A stretch of 63,965 nt of DNA, the filler included, from Octopus bimaculoides (Eukaryota): assembly GCF_001194135.2 (NCBI RefSeq). It is 5 parts of 5 records of this genome, joined end to end, with 100 filler letters (N's around TTAATTAATTAA, not from the genome) between each part and the next. Parts side by side here need not be neighbours in the genome. Positions count along the whole stretch, not along the records: positions 1 to 22,302 come from NC_068985.1; 4 more parts are not named here. The stretch is one strand, 5' to 3'. The position numbers were made by a program, and so were the translations under genes. How positions within the stretch are numbered: position 1 is the stretch's first letter; every line of letters begins with the position of its first letter. This document shows positions 1 through 12,696 of the stretch, in pieces. The notes under the pieces were generated by a model. It made no database searches and was not told the DNA's origin. It worked only from the letters and a program-made list of their open reading frames with translations.

Positions 1-45
1 ACACATATACATACATACATGCATATATATATATATATATGTATA

Positions 46-79
<34 letters not shown>

Positions 80-873
80 CTGTTTCACTCTCTCTATGTG
101 TATGTGTGTTTATGTGTATTTCAACATGTACGTATATATATATTTATTTATTTATTTATGGGTTTCAGCCAAGTGGCTGTGGTCATGCTGGAGCACCGCC
201 GTGATTTTCTGTCTTTATGCTTTGCTCTCTTCACGTTCCTTGCATGGCTCTTCTCATGCACCTGATATATATATATATATGGCTACAGTCGATTATACAA
301 GCTTGTAAAACAATTGGTATACACATGGTATACTGTACCGTATTCTACTTCTTTGTGAGTGACGGTTATGCATATTCTAATGCTTACATATTTGCGCATG
401 TGTATTTGTTTGTGGCTGTTTCTCTAATCTATGTCAGCAGAATATGTAAATATCATTGAGATAACTGAAAACCCGTTGCTTTTGAAAATGTACACCGTGT
501 CCTCTTTGTTCTAAACCGAGTTGCACAATCAACCCTTTGTCCTCTACACCGTTAGCTGTGCAACGAACCATTAAGCAACTCTTTGCAGATCTCTAACCAA
601 CGACTCTATTGTTCGCCAAATGTGATATAGAATTAAATTAAATTTTCAAGTTCTCTAATTATTTGTTCAGGTTTTTTTACTTTCTTGCCAAGACTTTCTT
701 GTTTAGCAACACAACAGGCATTTGTACAAAACATACCAGTGCATCTATACAACACACACACACGCACACACATTATATGTATACGTATGTAGACAGATAG
801 AAAATAGATATACATATACATATACACACACACATATATACATATACATATATACATGTATATGTGTGTATAC

Positions 874-925
<52 letters not shown>

Positions 926-999
926 TTATGTGTGTATAAATATTTATAAATGAACTGGTACTTTATATATATATATATACATATGTGTGTGCATATACA

Positions 1000-1037
<38 letters not shown>

Positions 1038-1194
1038 GGTGGGGGTGTATATACACATATATATACATATATCTATACGTATATATATATACATACATAT
1101 GTGTATATGTATATACGTATATATGTATATATCGATAGATATATGTATATATATATATGTGTGTATGTATATATGTATATATATATATATGTAT

Positions 1195-1225
<31 letters not shown>

Positions 1226-1516
1226 NNNNNNNNNNNNNNNNNNNNNNNNNNNNNNNNNNNNNNNNNNNNNNNNNNNNNNNNNNNNNNNNNNNNNNNNNNN
1301 NNNNNNNNNNNNNNNNNNNNNNNNNNNNNNNNNNNNNNNNNNNNNNNNNNNNNNNNNNNNNNNNNNNNNNNNNNNNNNNNNNNNNNNNNNNNNNNNNNNN
1401 NNNNNNNNNNNNNNNNNNNNNNNNNNNNNNNNNNNNNNNNNNNNNNNNNNNNNNNNNNNNNNNNNNNNNNNNNNNNNNNNNNNNNNNNNNNNNNNNNNNN
1501 NNNNNNNNNNNNNNNN

Positions 1517-1551
<35 letters not shown>

Positions 1552-1954
1552 TGTATGTATATGTCTGAGTGAATAGAGGCGTTAGTGTCGATGTGATAGT
1601 CTGTCTTTGGTCGTACTTGTACGTGTGGGTGTATGTGTTTGTTCCTGTGTGGTCTTTCAGTAGAACCAAATGAAGAACCAACTGAAGAATCTGTTAATAA
1701 ATGTTTATGAAAAGCAAAGGTGTTACCAATCAACAACTGGATCAGGAAGGGGTGATAAGAGCCGCTCTTATCTTCTTGTTTTCCGAAGAACCCCAAAATG
1801 TTTTATGAATATATGTATGAGTGCATCTACGATTGCAGACATGCATGTATTCATGTTTACACCTATGTAAGTGAAAGAATCTATAACTGTGTATATATAT
1901 ATATAAATACCGGTTCATATGATAATTATAATATATATATACAAACATGGTACA

Positions 1955-2325
1955 GGCGTGGCTGTGTGGTTAGGGGCTTGGTTCCAAACTACATATTTCT
2001 GAGTTCAGCCCCACTGCATGACATCGGGCCAGCCAAAACCTCCTGAGTGGATTTCATAGACGGAAACTAAAAGACCCGTCATGTATATGCATAAATATGT
2101 GTATGTGTGCGTGTGTGTCTTTGTATCTCTCTTTGTCCCCTGCCACCGCTTGACAGCTGGTGTCGGTTTATTTAGATCGCTATCACTTTGCGGTTCGGCA
2201 AAAGCCTGATAGTATAAAAATATAAAAATAAGTACTGGGATCAAGTAATTTAACTCAAAATTCTTCAAGGTGATGCCCCAGTATGGCCGCAGTCTAATGA
2301 CTAAAACAAGTAAAAGAGAAAAATA
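1955..2325 (+). mobile_element. tRNA-derived SINE family C (representative copy)
   Basis: tRNA-like head ggcgtggctgtgtggttag...gagttcagcccc. The body (ccaccgcttgacagctggtgt...cggttcggcaaaag...gtaaaaga) recurs at ~22403-22565, 24310-24585, 44180-44550 and, reversed, 52680-52870. Confidence 0.75.
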
Positions 2326-2623
2326 TATAAGACTGAATGGCAGCATCTGTAATATTTATTCTCAGGGAAACTTCTCAAAGAGGCTTTTGTACTAAAAATA
2401 CAGAGCTTTGTTCAGAAAGTCAGTGGATTACAAGTCATTGTGTTTCGACCTGGTTTGGTCTCCTCAGTAACGAATACTCCAAACGTTATGAGTGAAGCCG
2501 AAAATGTGTGTTCCGATAAAGAAAATTAACAAAACAAATCTGAACAAAACACTGTGTGTCTCTGAAACAAGATCTTACAGCTAGCGCAGTTCCATTTTTG
2601 TATAACGTTATAACATAATGATG

Positions 2624-2661
<38 letters not shown>

Positions 2662-2793
2662 ATTTTTATCTAAGACTGTTTAAATGCGTCTATTATTTTT
2701 ATTATAGCTTGGCTAAATTTCGCACAAGATCAGTAGATGCTCTGTTTACTGATTTCTAAAACATGTATACGTAGTTTTCAACCTGACTCAGAA

Positions 2794-2930
2794 CATCGAG
2801 GATACTTGTCATCGAGGATACTTGTCATCGAGGATACTTGTCATCGAGGATACTTGTCATCGAGGATACTTGTCATCGAGGATACTTGTCATCGAGGATA
2901 CTTGTCATCGAGGATACTTGTCATCGAGGA
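2794..2930. repeat. Perfect 16-bp minisatellite (catcgaggatacttgt) x8.5
   Basis: Eight exact units plus a 9-bp partial unit, with no spacers. Confidence 0.97.
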
Positions 2931-3134
2931 GACTAAATCAGATCGAAACATTGTATCTAGCAGTCCACTTGTATTATAAACCAAGCATTATGCTTTTACT
3001 GAAAAGTCTTTTGTAGAATGTTTTCTAACACAAAATATTAAAGCTAGAGCCGCTCCATGCTTGTATGCCTATAAATGTTATACACACTGGTATTTTGATC
3101 TAAGGATTTCTCAGGTGTGTATATAAAAGCAGAA

Positions 3135-3513
3135 GGCGCAATGTCACAGTGGTCAGGGCAGCGGACTCGAGGTCATAGGATCGCGGTTTCGATTCTCACA
3201 CGGGGCGTTGTGAGTGTTTATTGAGCGAAAATACCCAAAGCTCCAAGAGGCTCTCACGGGGGATGGTGGCGAACCCTGCTGTACTCTTCCACCACAACTT
3301 TCTCTCACACTTTCTTCCTGTTTATGTTGTGCCTGTAATTCAAAGGGTCAGCCTTGTTACACTGTGTCATTCTGAATATCCCCGAGAACTACGTTAAGGG
3401 TACACGTGTCTGTGGAGTGCTCAGCCACTTTCACGTTAATTTCACGAGCAGGCTGTTCCGTTGATCGGATCAACTGGAACCCTCGACGTCGTTAAGCGAT
3501 GGAGTGCCAACAA
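3135..3513 (+). mobile_element. tRNA-derived SINE family B
   Basis: Head ggcgcaatgtcacagtggtcagggc...ggtttcgattctc. A reverse-complement copy lies at 63677-63965 and a partial copy at ~6825-6955. Confidence 0.8.
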
Positions 3514-3559
3514 TAGAAGTAATAGATATAATAAGTTAATAATAACTTGTTGAGTATAT

Positions 3560-3609
3560 TCATATATTACAGCACAAAGAATTTTGATAGAAGCTTCCCG
3601 TGAAGATTT
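3560..3609 (-). CDS. Gene A probable terminal coding exon (EIFTGSFYQNSLCCNI*)
   Basis: Strong acceptor catctccgttgtctttccattttag, phase 1, TGA at 3562-3560. An internal donor T|gtaata at 3571 is an alternative. Confidence 0.5.
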
Positions 3610-6600
3610 CTAAAATGGAAAGACAACGGAGATGATACAATTGTTAGCGATAGAAAACAAAACTATACAATGTTGTGGAGGTCAGCTTTCCAGAATGTGC
3701 AAACCCTTCATTTGAATATTTAAGAAACAAGGGAGGACTGAGATTTGCAATACCTGTGTTTCATTACACAGGTGTGTGTGTTTCAATTGACCAGACCAAT
3801 ACTAAACCACTATTTTGTCCTTGTTACGTCTCAATCTACTGCTATCTCGCACCTTCGGATGATCTCTACTCAACCGCTACACAACTGCTACTCGACTGCT
3901 ACTCAACACACCTACCACGGCCAGACTACCTCTATTTATATGTCTTGGGAAATCCTACTTCTTCGCCTGGGGGCATCGACACAGCAGTCTTATAGATTTC
4001 AATTTTGATAATTTTGAGTTAAAGTTCAACTGCAAAGACTTCTCCATCCTCAGAAAGTTGTGGAATGCTTTGCCTTGGCTTAACAATAGTAAAGAAACTG
4101 AACTCGTGACGTCGTTCATCTAGATGTAAGTTAAACAGGACATAACTTTATGTAACATTAATACTCTACCGTTTGGGTTGACTGCTTCCATCTTTGGTAA
4201 ATTAGAACTCACAGGAACAAAAGTGCCATTTACTGGAAGATATAACATTTATATAAATATAGCATAAAATATGTTAGTTAACGGTTAGGTAAATATTTTC
4301 TTTGAACAATAAAGAGACAATCAATTCTATGTAATATTCTTGTTTCAGTTTGCTCTATAGTGATTTCAAGGTTTTAAAACCACGAGAGAATATATTTGTA
4401 CAACAAGCGTCGATTTAGTAGGAAGGTATACAAGCAAAGTTTTGGTTTCACTTAAGCTGAATATTTAAAAGTCCAAATATTTAGTTGTTGGTCTTATATA
4501 TTATGTTCAGGAATTATAATGCCAGTGTAATTCTACAATNNNNNNNNNNNNNNNNNNNNNNNNNNNNNNNNNNNNNNNNNNNNNNNNNNNNNNNNNNNNN
4601 NNNNNNNNNNNNNNNNNNNNNNNNNNNNNNNNNNNNNNNNNNNNNNNNNNNNNNNNNNNNNNNNNNNNNNNNNNNNNNNNNNNNNNNNNNNNNNNNNNNN
4701 NNNNNNNNNNNNNNNNNNNNNNNNNNNNNNNNNNNNNNNNNNNNNNNNNNNNNNNNNNNNNNNNNNNNNNNNNNNNNNNNNNNNNNNNTAAAGGATATAT
4801 TCTTAAGTTTTACTGAATGGTGACTTCGATAATGTTTCTAATGCACATGCGCTTATAGATAAATATTTATCTTTTAATGGATGAAATCAATAGATAACAC
4901 CCACCATTTGCCAGTAGATCGTTTGCTCCAGCCGGTAGCTGGAATCCGCCATTTGTTCTGTTTAACTGACCCGGACGTTCTAAGAGATTCTGTGACCAGG
5001 TAGGATTAGCTGGAAATGTACGGAGGAAGAAAAGTAGGGTTTTATTACGAATTATATCTAATTTAAGCTATTTAACATTATGTACATATTAATAAAAGCA
5101 AAAGAATATTTTATTAGAGTTATCAATCCGAAATTTACAGACAAACCTAAGCCCATAGATACAGAGATAGACAAAACACAAGTATAATCAAAATACAAAA
5201 TACAGAAACAAAGCAACAGACACAAAACACATTCCCGTGTCAGTTTAACAATAAGTTACAATTCTATCTTCGTAGATTATTAGGAAGAAAAAGGAAAACA
5301 GAATGGTAAAAGGAAATTAAGCGTTTAGAGATAATAATATGTGTATATGTGTATGTTGGAGACCAAAAGTTGATGACTTACATTCATAAACACAGCTTCC
5401 CAATCTTCTGTTCCAAACTGTCTGAGTTGGACATTCTAACACGTAGAGGACACCGTAGTTGCAATGGTAGAACTGTTTGTTGGATCCGAGTTTGGAATAG
5501 TAAGTGTACTTTCTACAGGGGCGACATTGTGGGTTTTTCACTCCGAATACACAGAACTGTGTGGCTTTAAAATGAAAGAAAATATTCGAGTGAATCATAT
5601 ATATATATTTGGCATCATTTCTAAAAATAGCCAAACACCTACTGCTGCTGTCCAAAGGAATAGGTATAAAAGACAAAAGAACAGCCAGTCTGCTACAGTA
5701 CATCTGTCAAACGGGACCTTGATGAATGCCATGAGGCAGGAAAGTATACTAATCCTTATATATTTAATACTCAATATTTCATATATTCAATAAGACATTC
5801 AATACTTCATTTCATTTTACTATTTACATTATATATTCCATATTCTATGTCCCACATTCATTTTATAAGAATATAAATAAAACATAAAAACCAGACAGAG
5901 TTGGAACTCTTTTAAATAATATATATATATATANNNNNNNNNNNNNNNNNNNNNNNNNNNNNNNNNNNNNNNNNNNNNNNNNNNNNNNNNNNNNNNNNNN
6001 NNNNNNNNNNNNNNNNNNNNNNNNNNNNNNNNNNNNNNNNNNNNNNNNNNNNNNNNNNNNNNNNNNNNNNNNNNNNNNNNNNNNNNNNNNNNNNNNNNNN
6101 NNNNNNNNNNNNNNNNNNNNNNNNNNNNNNNNNNNNNNNNNNNNNNNNNNNNNNNNNNNNNNNNNNNNNNNNNNNNNNNNNNNNNNNNNNNNNNNNNNNN
6201 NNNNNNNNNNNNNNNNNNNNNNNNNNNNNNNNNNNNNNNNNNNNNNNNNNNNNNNNNNNNNNNNNNNNNNNNNNNNNNNNNNNNNNNNNNNNNNNNNNNN
6301 NNNNNNNNNNNNNNNNNNNNNNNNNNNNNNNNNNNNNNNNNNNNNNNNNNNTCTCTCTCTCTCTCTCTCAACCTCTCTCTCAACCTCTCTTTATTCTCAT
6401 TACCTGTGTTACACTTAATATAACTTAATATAAACTACAACATAATAATAATAACAAACGTAATCTTACTATTAACATCGATCACTTCTTTATTTGTGAG
6501 AATTCCCAGAAGCGAAGGTATTAATGGGGTCACGGTAATAAATCCTGGAAAACATAAGGAAATTCATAAATAACAGCAGAAATATCAACAAAGTTGTGTA

Positions 6601-9600
6601 ATAAAAAAAAAATGAATTATTATTTATTTATAAATTTATGAGCCCTTTTAAAGCCTAGCCAGGCTCATGGGCCCGGTTTCCCGATTTCTGTGGCGTATGT
6701 GTTCCCCCCCACCCACCAGCTGGACGGGACGCCAGTCCATCGCAGCGTTACTCAAAAAACAGGAAGAAACATTGAGAGAAAGTTGGGACGAAAGAATACA
6801 ACAGGAGTCACCACTACCCCCTGCCGGAGCCTCGTGGAGCTTTAGATGTTTTCGCTCAATAAACACACACAACGCCAGGTAGGGGAATCGAAACCGCGAT
6901 CTTCTTTCTGACCGCGAGTCTGCTACCCCAACCACTGGGCCATTGCACCTCCACAATAAAAAAAAATCTAACATTACGTAAATCAACTAATCGATAGATA
7001 TATTAGTTTAAAATTATGACATTAGGCCAGCAGTTTCGAGGCAAGGAGTAAGTCGATTACACAGATACCAGTGTTAAACTGGTACTTAGTTTATCGACCC
7101 CAAATGGACGAAAAGCAAAGTCGACGGCGGTGGAATTTGAACTGACTCAGAACATACAGACGGACGAAATGCCGCAAAGCATTGGTGCCCGGCGTGTTAA
7201 CGGTTCTGCCAGCTCACCGCCCTTATAAATTGATATATCAATTAATAATTTTATTGACAAGGGGTTTTCGGGGGTTTTTTTTTTGTTTTTTTTTTGTTTC
7301 ACGGAGAACATATCTGGGAGGCTACCGAAAAGCAATTTATCCGACGCTCACCGTAATGCACAGTTTCGGATAACAATTAACAAGGTTTATTGTTATGTTT
7401 TACAATTCATTACGATAATGAAAGGAGAAACAACACGCCAGTAATTTAATGTTCAATCTCACTGCCAAAACAATGTGTTAAACATGTAAATGAAGACGTT
7501 AGGAATTGACGTTAAACCAAGAACGAGTAAATGAGAATCAATAATATATACTTAACCATTATTCTTTCCAGATGAAGGTTCAGTTGTTGTTCCTCTGCGA
7601 GTCAGATCTATTGACGGTTTCAAAGTCGACATTCTTCTATTCCCTGTACCATTTGTACCTTCACCAGTACCAACACTACCAGCAGTACCTTGTCCGCCAC
7701 CACTACCGCCACCGCCGCCACTGCCACCACCACCACTGCCACCAGCACCGCCGGCACCAGCACCGCCACTGGCACCGCCACCGGTTCCTTGCTTTCCACC
7801 TGCAACTCCTCCACCTGCAACTCCTCCACCTGCAACTCCTCCACCTGTAACACTTCCTGTACTCTGGCTACTGCCTGTGACTCGTCCGGTACCCTGGCTA
7901 CCGGCTGTACCACCTGTACCTTGACTGCCATCTGTAACACCTCCAGTACCCTGATTACCGCCTGTTTGGTCTCCTGTACCAAGGGTACCACCTGATACTC
8001 CTCCAGTAGACTGGCCACCACCTGTAACACCTCCTGTCCCTTGGCTACCACCAGATTCTCCTCCAGTACCCTGCCAAACTCCCGTACCGCCTCCTGTGTC
8101 TTGGCTACTGCTTGCAGCTCCCTCAGTACCCTGACTACTGCCTGTCTTACCTCCCGTTCCCTGGCTACCAGGTGTTCCTCCTCCAGAACCCTGGGTACCA
8201 CCTGTTCCTCCACCTATTACTTGTCCACCATTTGAGATCCCTCCAGTGCCTTGGCTACTACCTGTTCCACCTCCAGTACCCTGGCTACCAGCTATAACTC
8301 CTCCAGTAATGTGGCTACCACTTGTGCCCTCTCCTGTTACCTGCCTACCACCTCCGGTACCCTGTTTACTACTCGTTCCACTTCCTGTACCCTGGCTCCC
8401 GCCTGTAACTCCTCCAATACCCTGGACACCACCCGTTCCTCCTTCTGCAACACCTCCAGTACCCTGGCTGCTACCTGTTCCTCCTCCAGTCCCTTGGTTA
8501 CCACCTGTTCCTCCTCCAGTTCCCTGGTTACCACCCATTCCTCCTCCTGTAACCTGGTTAACACCTGTTCCTCCTCTTGTACTTTGGCTACCACTTACAA
8601 CACCCCCTGTACCCTGGCTGCTACCCGTTCCACCTCCTGTTCCCTGATTGCCACCTGTTCCTCCTACAGTAACCTGCTTACCACCTGTTCCTCCTACAGT
8701 AACCTGCTTACCACCTGTTCCTCCCCCTGTACCCTGGTTACCATTTGCAACACCTCCAGTTCCTTGGCTGCTACCTGTCCCCCCACCTGCACCCTGGTCA
8801 CCACCAGTTTTTCCTCCAGTACCCTGTTTACCACCTGTTCCTCCACCTCCTGTAACCTGGTTACCACCCGCAACTCCTCCAGTACCTTGGCTGCTGCCTG
8901 TTTCGTCTTCTGTTCCTTGGTTACCACTTGTTCCTCCTCCAGTACCCTGGTTTCCACCCGTACCTCCTCCTGTACCCTGGCTGCCACTTGCAACACCTCT
9001 AGTACCCTGGCTGCTACCTGTTCCACCTCTCATACCCTGGTTACCACCAGTTCCTCCTGTACCCTGGCTACTACTTGCTCCTCCTCTAATACCTTGACTA
9101 CCACCCGTTGCTTCGCTTGTACCCTGGCTACTACCTGTTCCAACTCCTGTACCATGGCTACCACCCGCAACGCCTTCAGTAACCTGGCTACCACCTGAAC
9201 CTCCTCCTGTACCCTGGTTTCCACTTGTTGCCCCTCCTGTTACTTGTTTACCACCTGTTGCACCTCCTGTACCCTTGCTACTACCTTTTCCTCCACCTAT
9301 ACCCCCGCTACTACTCGTATCGCCTCCTGTACCCTGGCCACCACCTGCAACTTCTACAGTACCCTGGTTACCACCTGTTCCTCCAGCAGTACCTTGGTTG
9401 CCACCTGCAACTTCTCCTGTACCCTGAGTTTCACCGATCCCTCCCCCTGTACCCTGGCTACCACCTATATCCCCTCCAGTACCTTGGCTACCTCCTGTTC
9501 CTCTTCCAGAACCCTGGCTACCACCTGTAATTACTCCATTACTCTGGTTACCACCCGTACCTCCTTCTGTACCCTTGCTATCTTCGGTAACTTCTTCTCT

Positions 9601-12600
9601 ACCCTTGTTAGCACCTGTAACTACTCCTGTATCCTGGCTACTACCTGTTCCCTTTCCAGTACCTTGGTTCCCACCTGTTGCTCCTTCTGTACCCTTGCTA
9701 ACACTTGTACCTCCTCCTGTATCTTGGCTACCACCTGTTTCGCCTCCTGTACCCTGGTTACCACCTGTAATTCCCCCTGTACCCTGGCTATCACCTGTTC
9801 CTCCTCTTGAACCTTGGATCCCGCCTGTAAATCCTCCTGTTCCCTGGTTACCACCCGTACCTGCACCTGCACCTTGGTTACCACTCGCACCTCCTCCTGT
9901 AACCTGGCCACTACCCGCACCGCTTCCTGTACCCTGGCCACCGCCTGCAACTCCTCTTGTACCTTGACTACCACCCGCACCACCTCCTGTAACTACTCCT
10001 GTACCCTGGCTACTACTTGTTCCTCCTCCAGTACCTGCGCTACCACCTGTACTCTGGCTACCTCCCGTACCTCTTCCTGTACTCTGGCTACCTCCCGTAC
10101 CTCCTCCTGTAACCTGGCTACCACCTTTCCTGCCTCCTGTACCCTGGCTACCGCTTGTAATTCCTCCTGTACCTTGATTATTACCTGTTCCTCCTCCTGT
10201 ATCCTGACTACCGCTTACTACTCCCCCTCCTCCAGTTATCTGACTTCCACCGGTACCTGCTCCTGTACCCTGGCTACCGCCTGTAACTCCTCCTGTGCCC
10301 CGGGTACCGCCGGCTCCTTCTCCTTCTGTTACCTGTTTACCACCTGTACCCGATCCTGTACCCTCGACTCTATTCGTACTACCTCTTGTACTCTGGCTAC
10401 TACCCGCACCTCCTACTGTACCCTGGCTGCTGCCTGTTCCACCTTGCCCCCCTGCTGTACCCTGGCTATCACCTGTAACTCCTCCTGTGTTCTCAGTAAC
10501 GCCTGCTCCTCCTCCTTCTCCTCTCGTTACCTGGCTACCACTTGTTCCCTCTCCTGTACCCTTGGTTCCACCCGTAACTCCTCCTCCTGTACCCTGGCTA
10601 CTACCTGCACCTCCTACTGTACCCTGGCTGCTACCTGTTCCGCCTTTCCCTCCTGCTGTACCCTGGCTACCACCCGCACCTCCTCCTGTAATCTGACTGC
10701 TGCCTGTTCCACCTGTTCCGCCTTTCCCTCCTGCTGTACCCTGGCTACCACCTGTAACTCCTCCTGTGCCCTGGTTACCGCTTGCACCTCCTCCTCCTCC
10801 TGTTCCCTGGCTACCGCCTGTACCCGCTCCTGTACCCTCGAATCCACCCGTACCTCCTCCTGTACCTTGGCTACCACCCGCACCTCCTCCTGTAATCTGA
10901 CTGCTGCCTGTTCCGCCTGTTCCGCCGGTTCCTCCTACAGTACCCTGGCTACCGCCTGAAATTCTCCCTGGAATTTGGCTGCCACCCTGGTTAGTACTTG
11001 TACCACCTCCAGTACCCTGGCTACCCCCTGTTCCTCCTGCAGTACCCTGGCTACCTCCTGTTCCTCCTGCAGTACCCTGGCTACCCCCTGTTCCTCCTGC
11101 AGTACCCTGACTACCCTCTGTTCTTCCTGCAGTACCCTGGCTACCCCCTGTTCCTCCTGCAGTACCCTGGCTACCCCCTGTTCCTCCTGCAGTACCCTGG
11201 CTACCCCCTGTTCCTCCTGCAGTACCCTGGCTACCCCCTGTTCCTCCTGCAGTACCCTGGCTACCCCCTGTTCCTCCTGCAGTACCTTGGCTACCCCCTG
11301 TTCCTCCTGCAGTGCCCTGGCTACTACCTGTAATTTGGCTACCACCAGTCCCTCCTCCTCTGTCCTGGTTAATAGCTGTATCTCCTCCAGTACCCTGGCT
11401 ACCACCAGTTATTGTTTTTCTACCATCACCTTCTTCGCTTGTTTGATTTTCAGGTTTAGCATTTATTCCACGTAATGCAGAAGCAAGTTCATCTGCAAAA
11501 TGGAAGATGAAAATTTAAACGACAATTTTGTACAAGTTTCCTTATATTCTTTTCTTGTATTGTTAACTGAAATTTTGATGACATGTTGATATTTAATCAT
11601 AACAACGACGAATGAACACATTGCTGTGAAATAAATAACTATCGTAATTTCTGGTAGAAAACATTCAAGACTATAATCATAGTATTTTAACAGTTCCACT
11701 CGTCAAACCAGATGATGATACGGAACTGAATTCCGCTAAAGGAACAGAAAACTTTGGTAGCATTAACCAGTAAACTAATTTAGTTTAAAAATCAGCAACT
11801 CAGAACACAAAAGGCACAAAAAATCTCGTTCAATTTTCAAACAATTTCACAAATCTGCCATCATTCACTGGCAATATATTTTTGTCGACTCAGGAAAAAA
11901 TGAAAAACAAAATTGTTTCAGTTGGATCTGAACTCAAGCTGCAGAACATATCACAAGGTATTTTGTCCTTGGCGACACTGTTACTTAACCACCTATATTT
12001 TTATGTTTACAGTGCCTAAACTTCCCAAGGGATCGCCCATCTAAATAGTAACTATGCTCAAAGTTGCTTAATTTTGATGGTCGAAAGTGAAGAGAAACAA
12101 CGCTTTTAACGTGACATAACCGTAAAGATTATTACAATTTTAAAAATTGCTTTCTCGTAAGAGCCTTCTATTGTTTATTGACAATTGGCCCTATTCTCTT
12201 CATGACATATATGGGAGAAAAGAAAGGTGCATTGACAAAATCTTATTTCGCCCAAATTCGCTATTCTGTTGCATAACAAATAGGACCTTTAGAGGATTAA
12301 GAATCATAGTTAAAATCGGAAAATGAACCCGAAAATAAGCTTTTATTAGCAGAAGGGTTTTTCAGTAATTTCTTTGTAGTTCAGGGACTTACCATAGATG
12401 CATTTAGTCGATTCACCGTCCCAAACTGTGTTTAAAGGACACTCCATGATGAACAACCATCCAGAGAGGCATTGGTAAAATTCGATCGTGGATTTCAGCT
12501 TCGGATAAAATGTTCCGGGAGCACATCGACGACATCTTGGCTGATTCACTCCAAAGATACAGAAATTGGTCCCTGAAATAGCAGAAAGAGTACGTGCTGA

Positions 12601-12657
12601 GAATATGCGTAGGTGAATATATATATATGTGTGTGTGCTTGTGAGTGAGTGTGAGTT

Positions 12658-12696
<39 letters not shown>

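Noticed and set aside
19-1576. Numerous YI/CV/HT-repeat ORFs here and across the window, many spanning N runs
   Set aside because: They are translations of TA, CA and TATC microsatellites and gaps; no coding signal.
633-1796. Minus-strand ORF ends GMFCTNACCVAKQESLGKK... (633-745) and DSSVGSSFGSTERPHRNKHIH... (~1570-1690) as further gene A exons
   Set aside because: Acceptor-like AGs exist, but there are no convincing donors or phase chain and no domain similarity; gene A already has a plausible stop at 3560. Not fully excluded.
2794-2930. 16-bp array as a CRISPR-like locus
   Set aside because: Head-to-tail repeats with no spacers, in a eukaryotic context.
7572-11475. Long plus-strand Thr/Ser/Cys-rich and Pro/Val-rich ORFs, and minus-strand Val/Glu/Gln ORFs, over the repeat exon
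   Set aside because: These are shadow frames of the Gly repeat. They are broken by stops, whereas the Gly frame is open for 1,312 codons and has splice sites in phase with the flanking exons.
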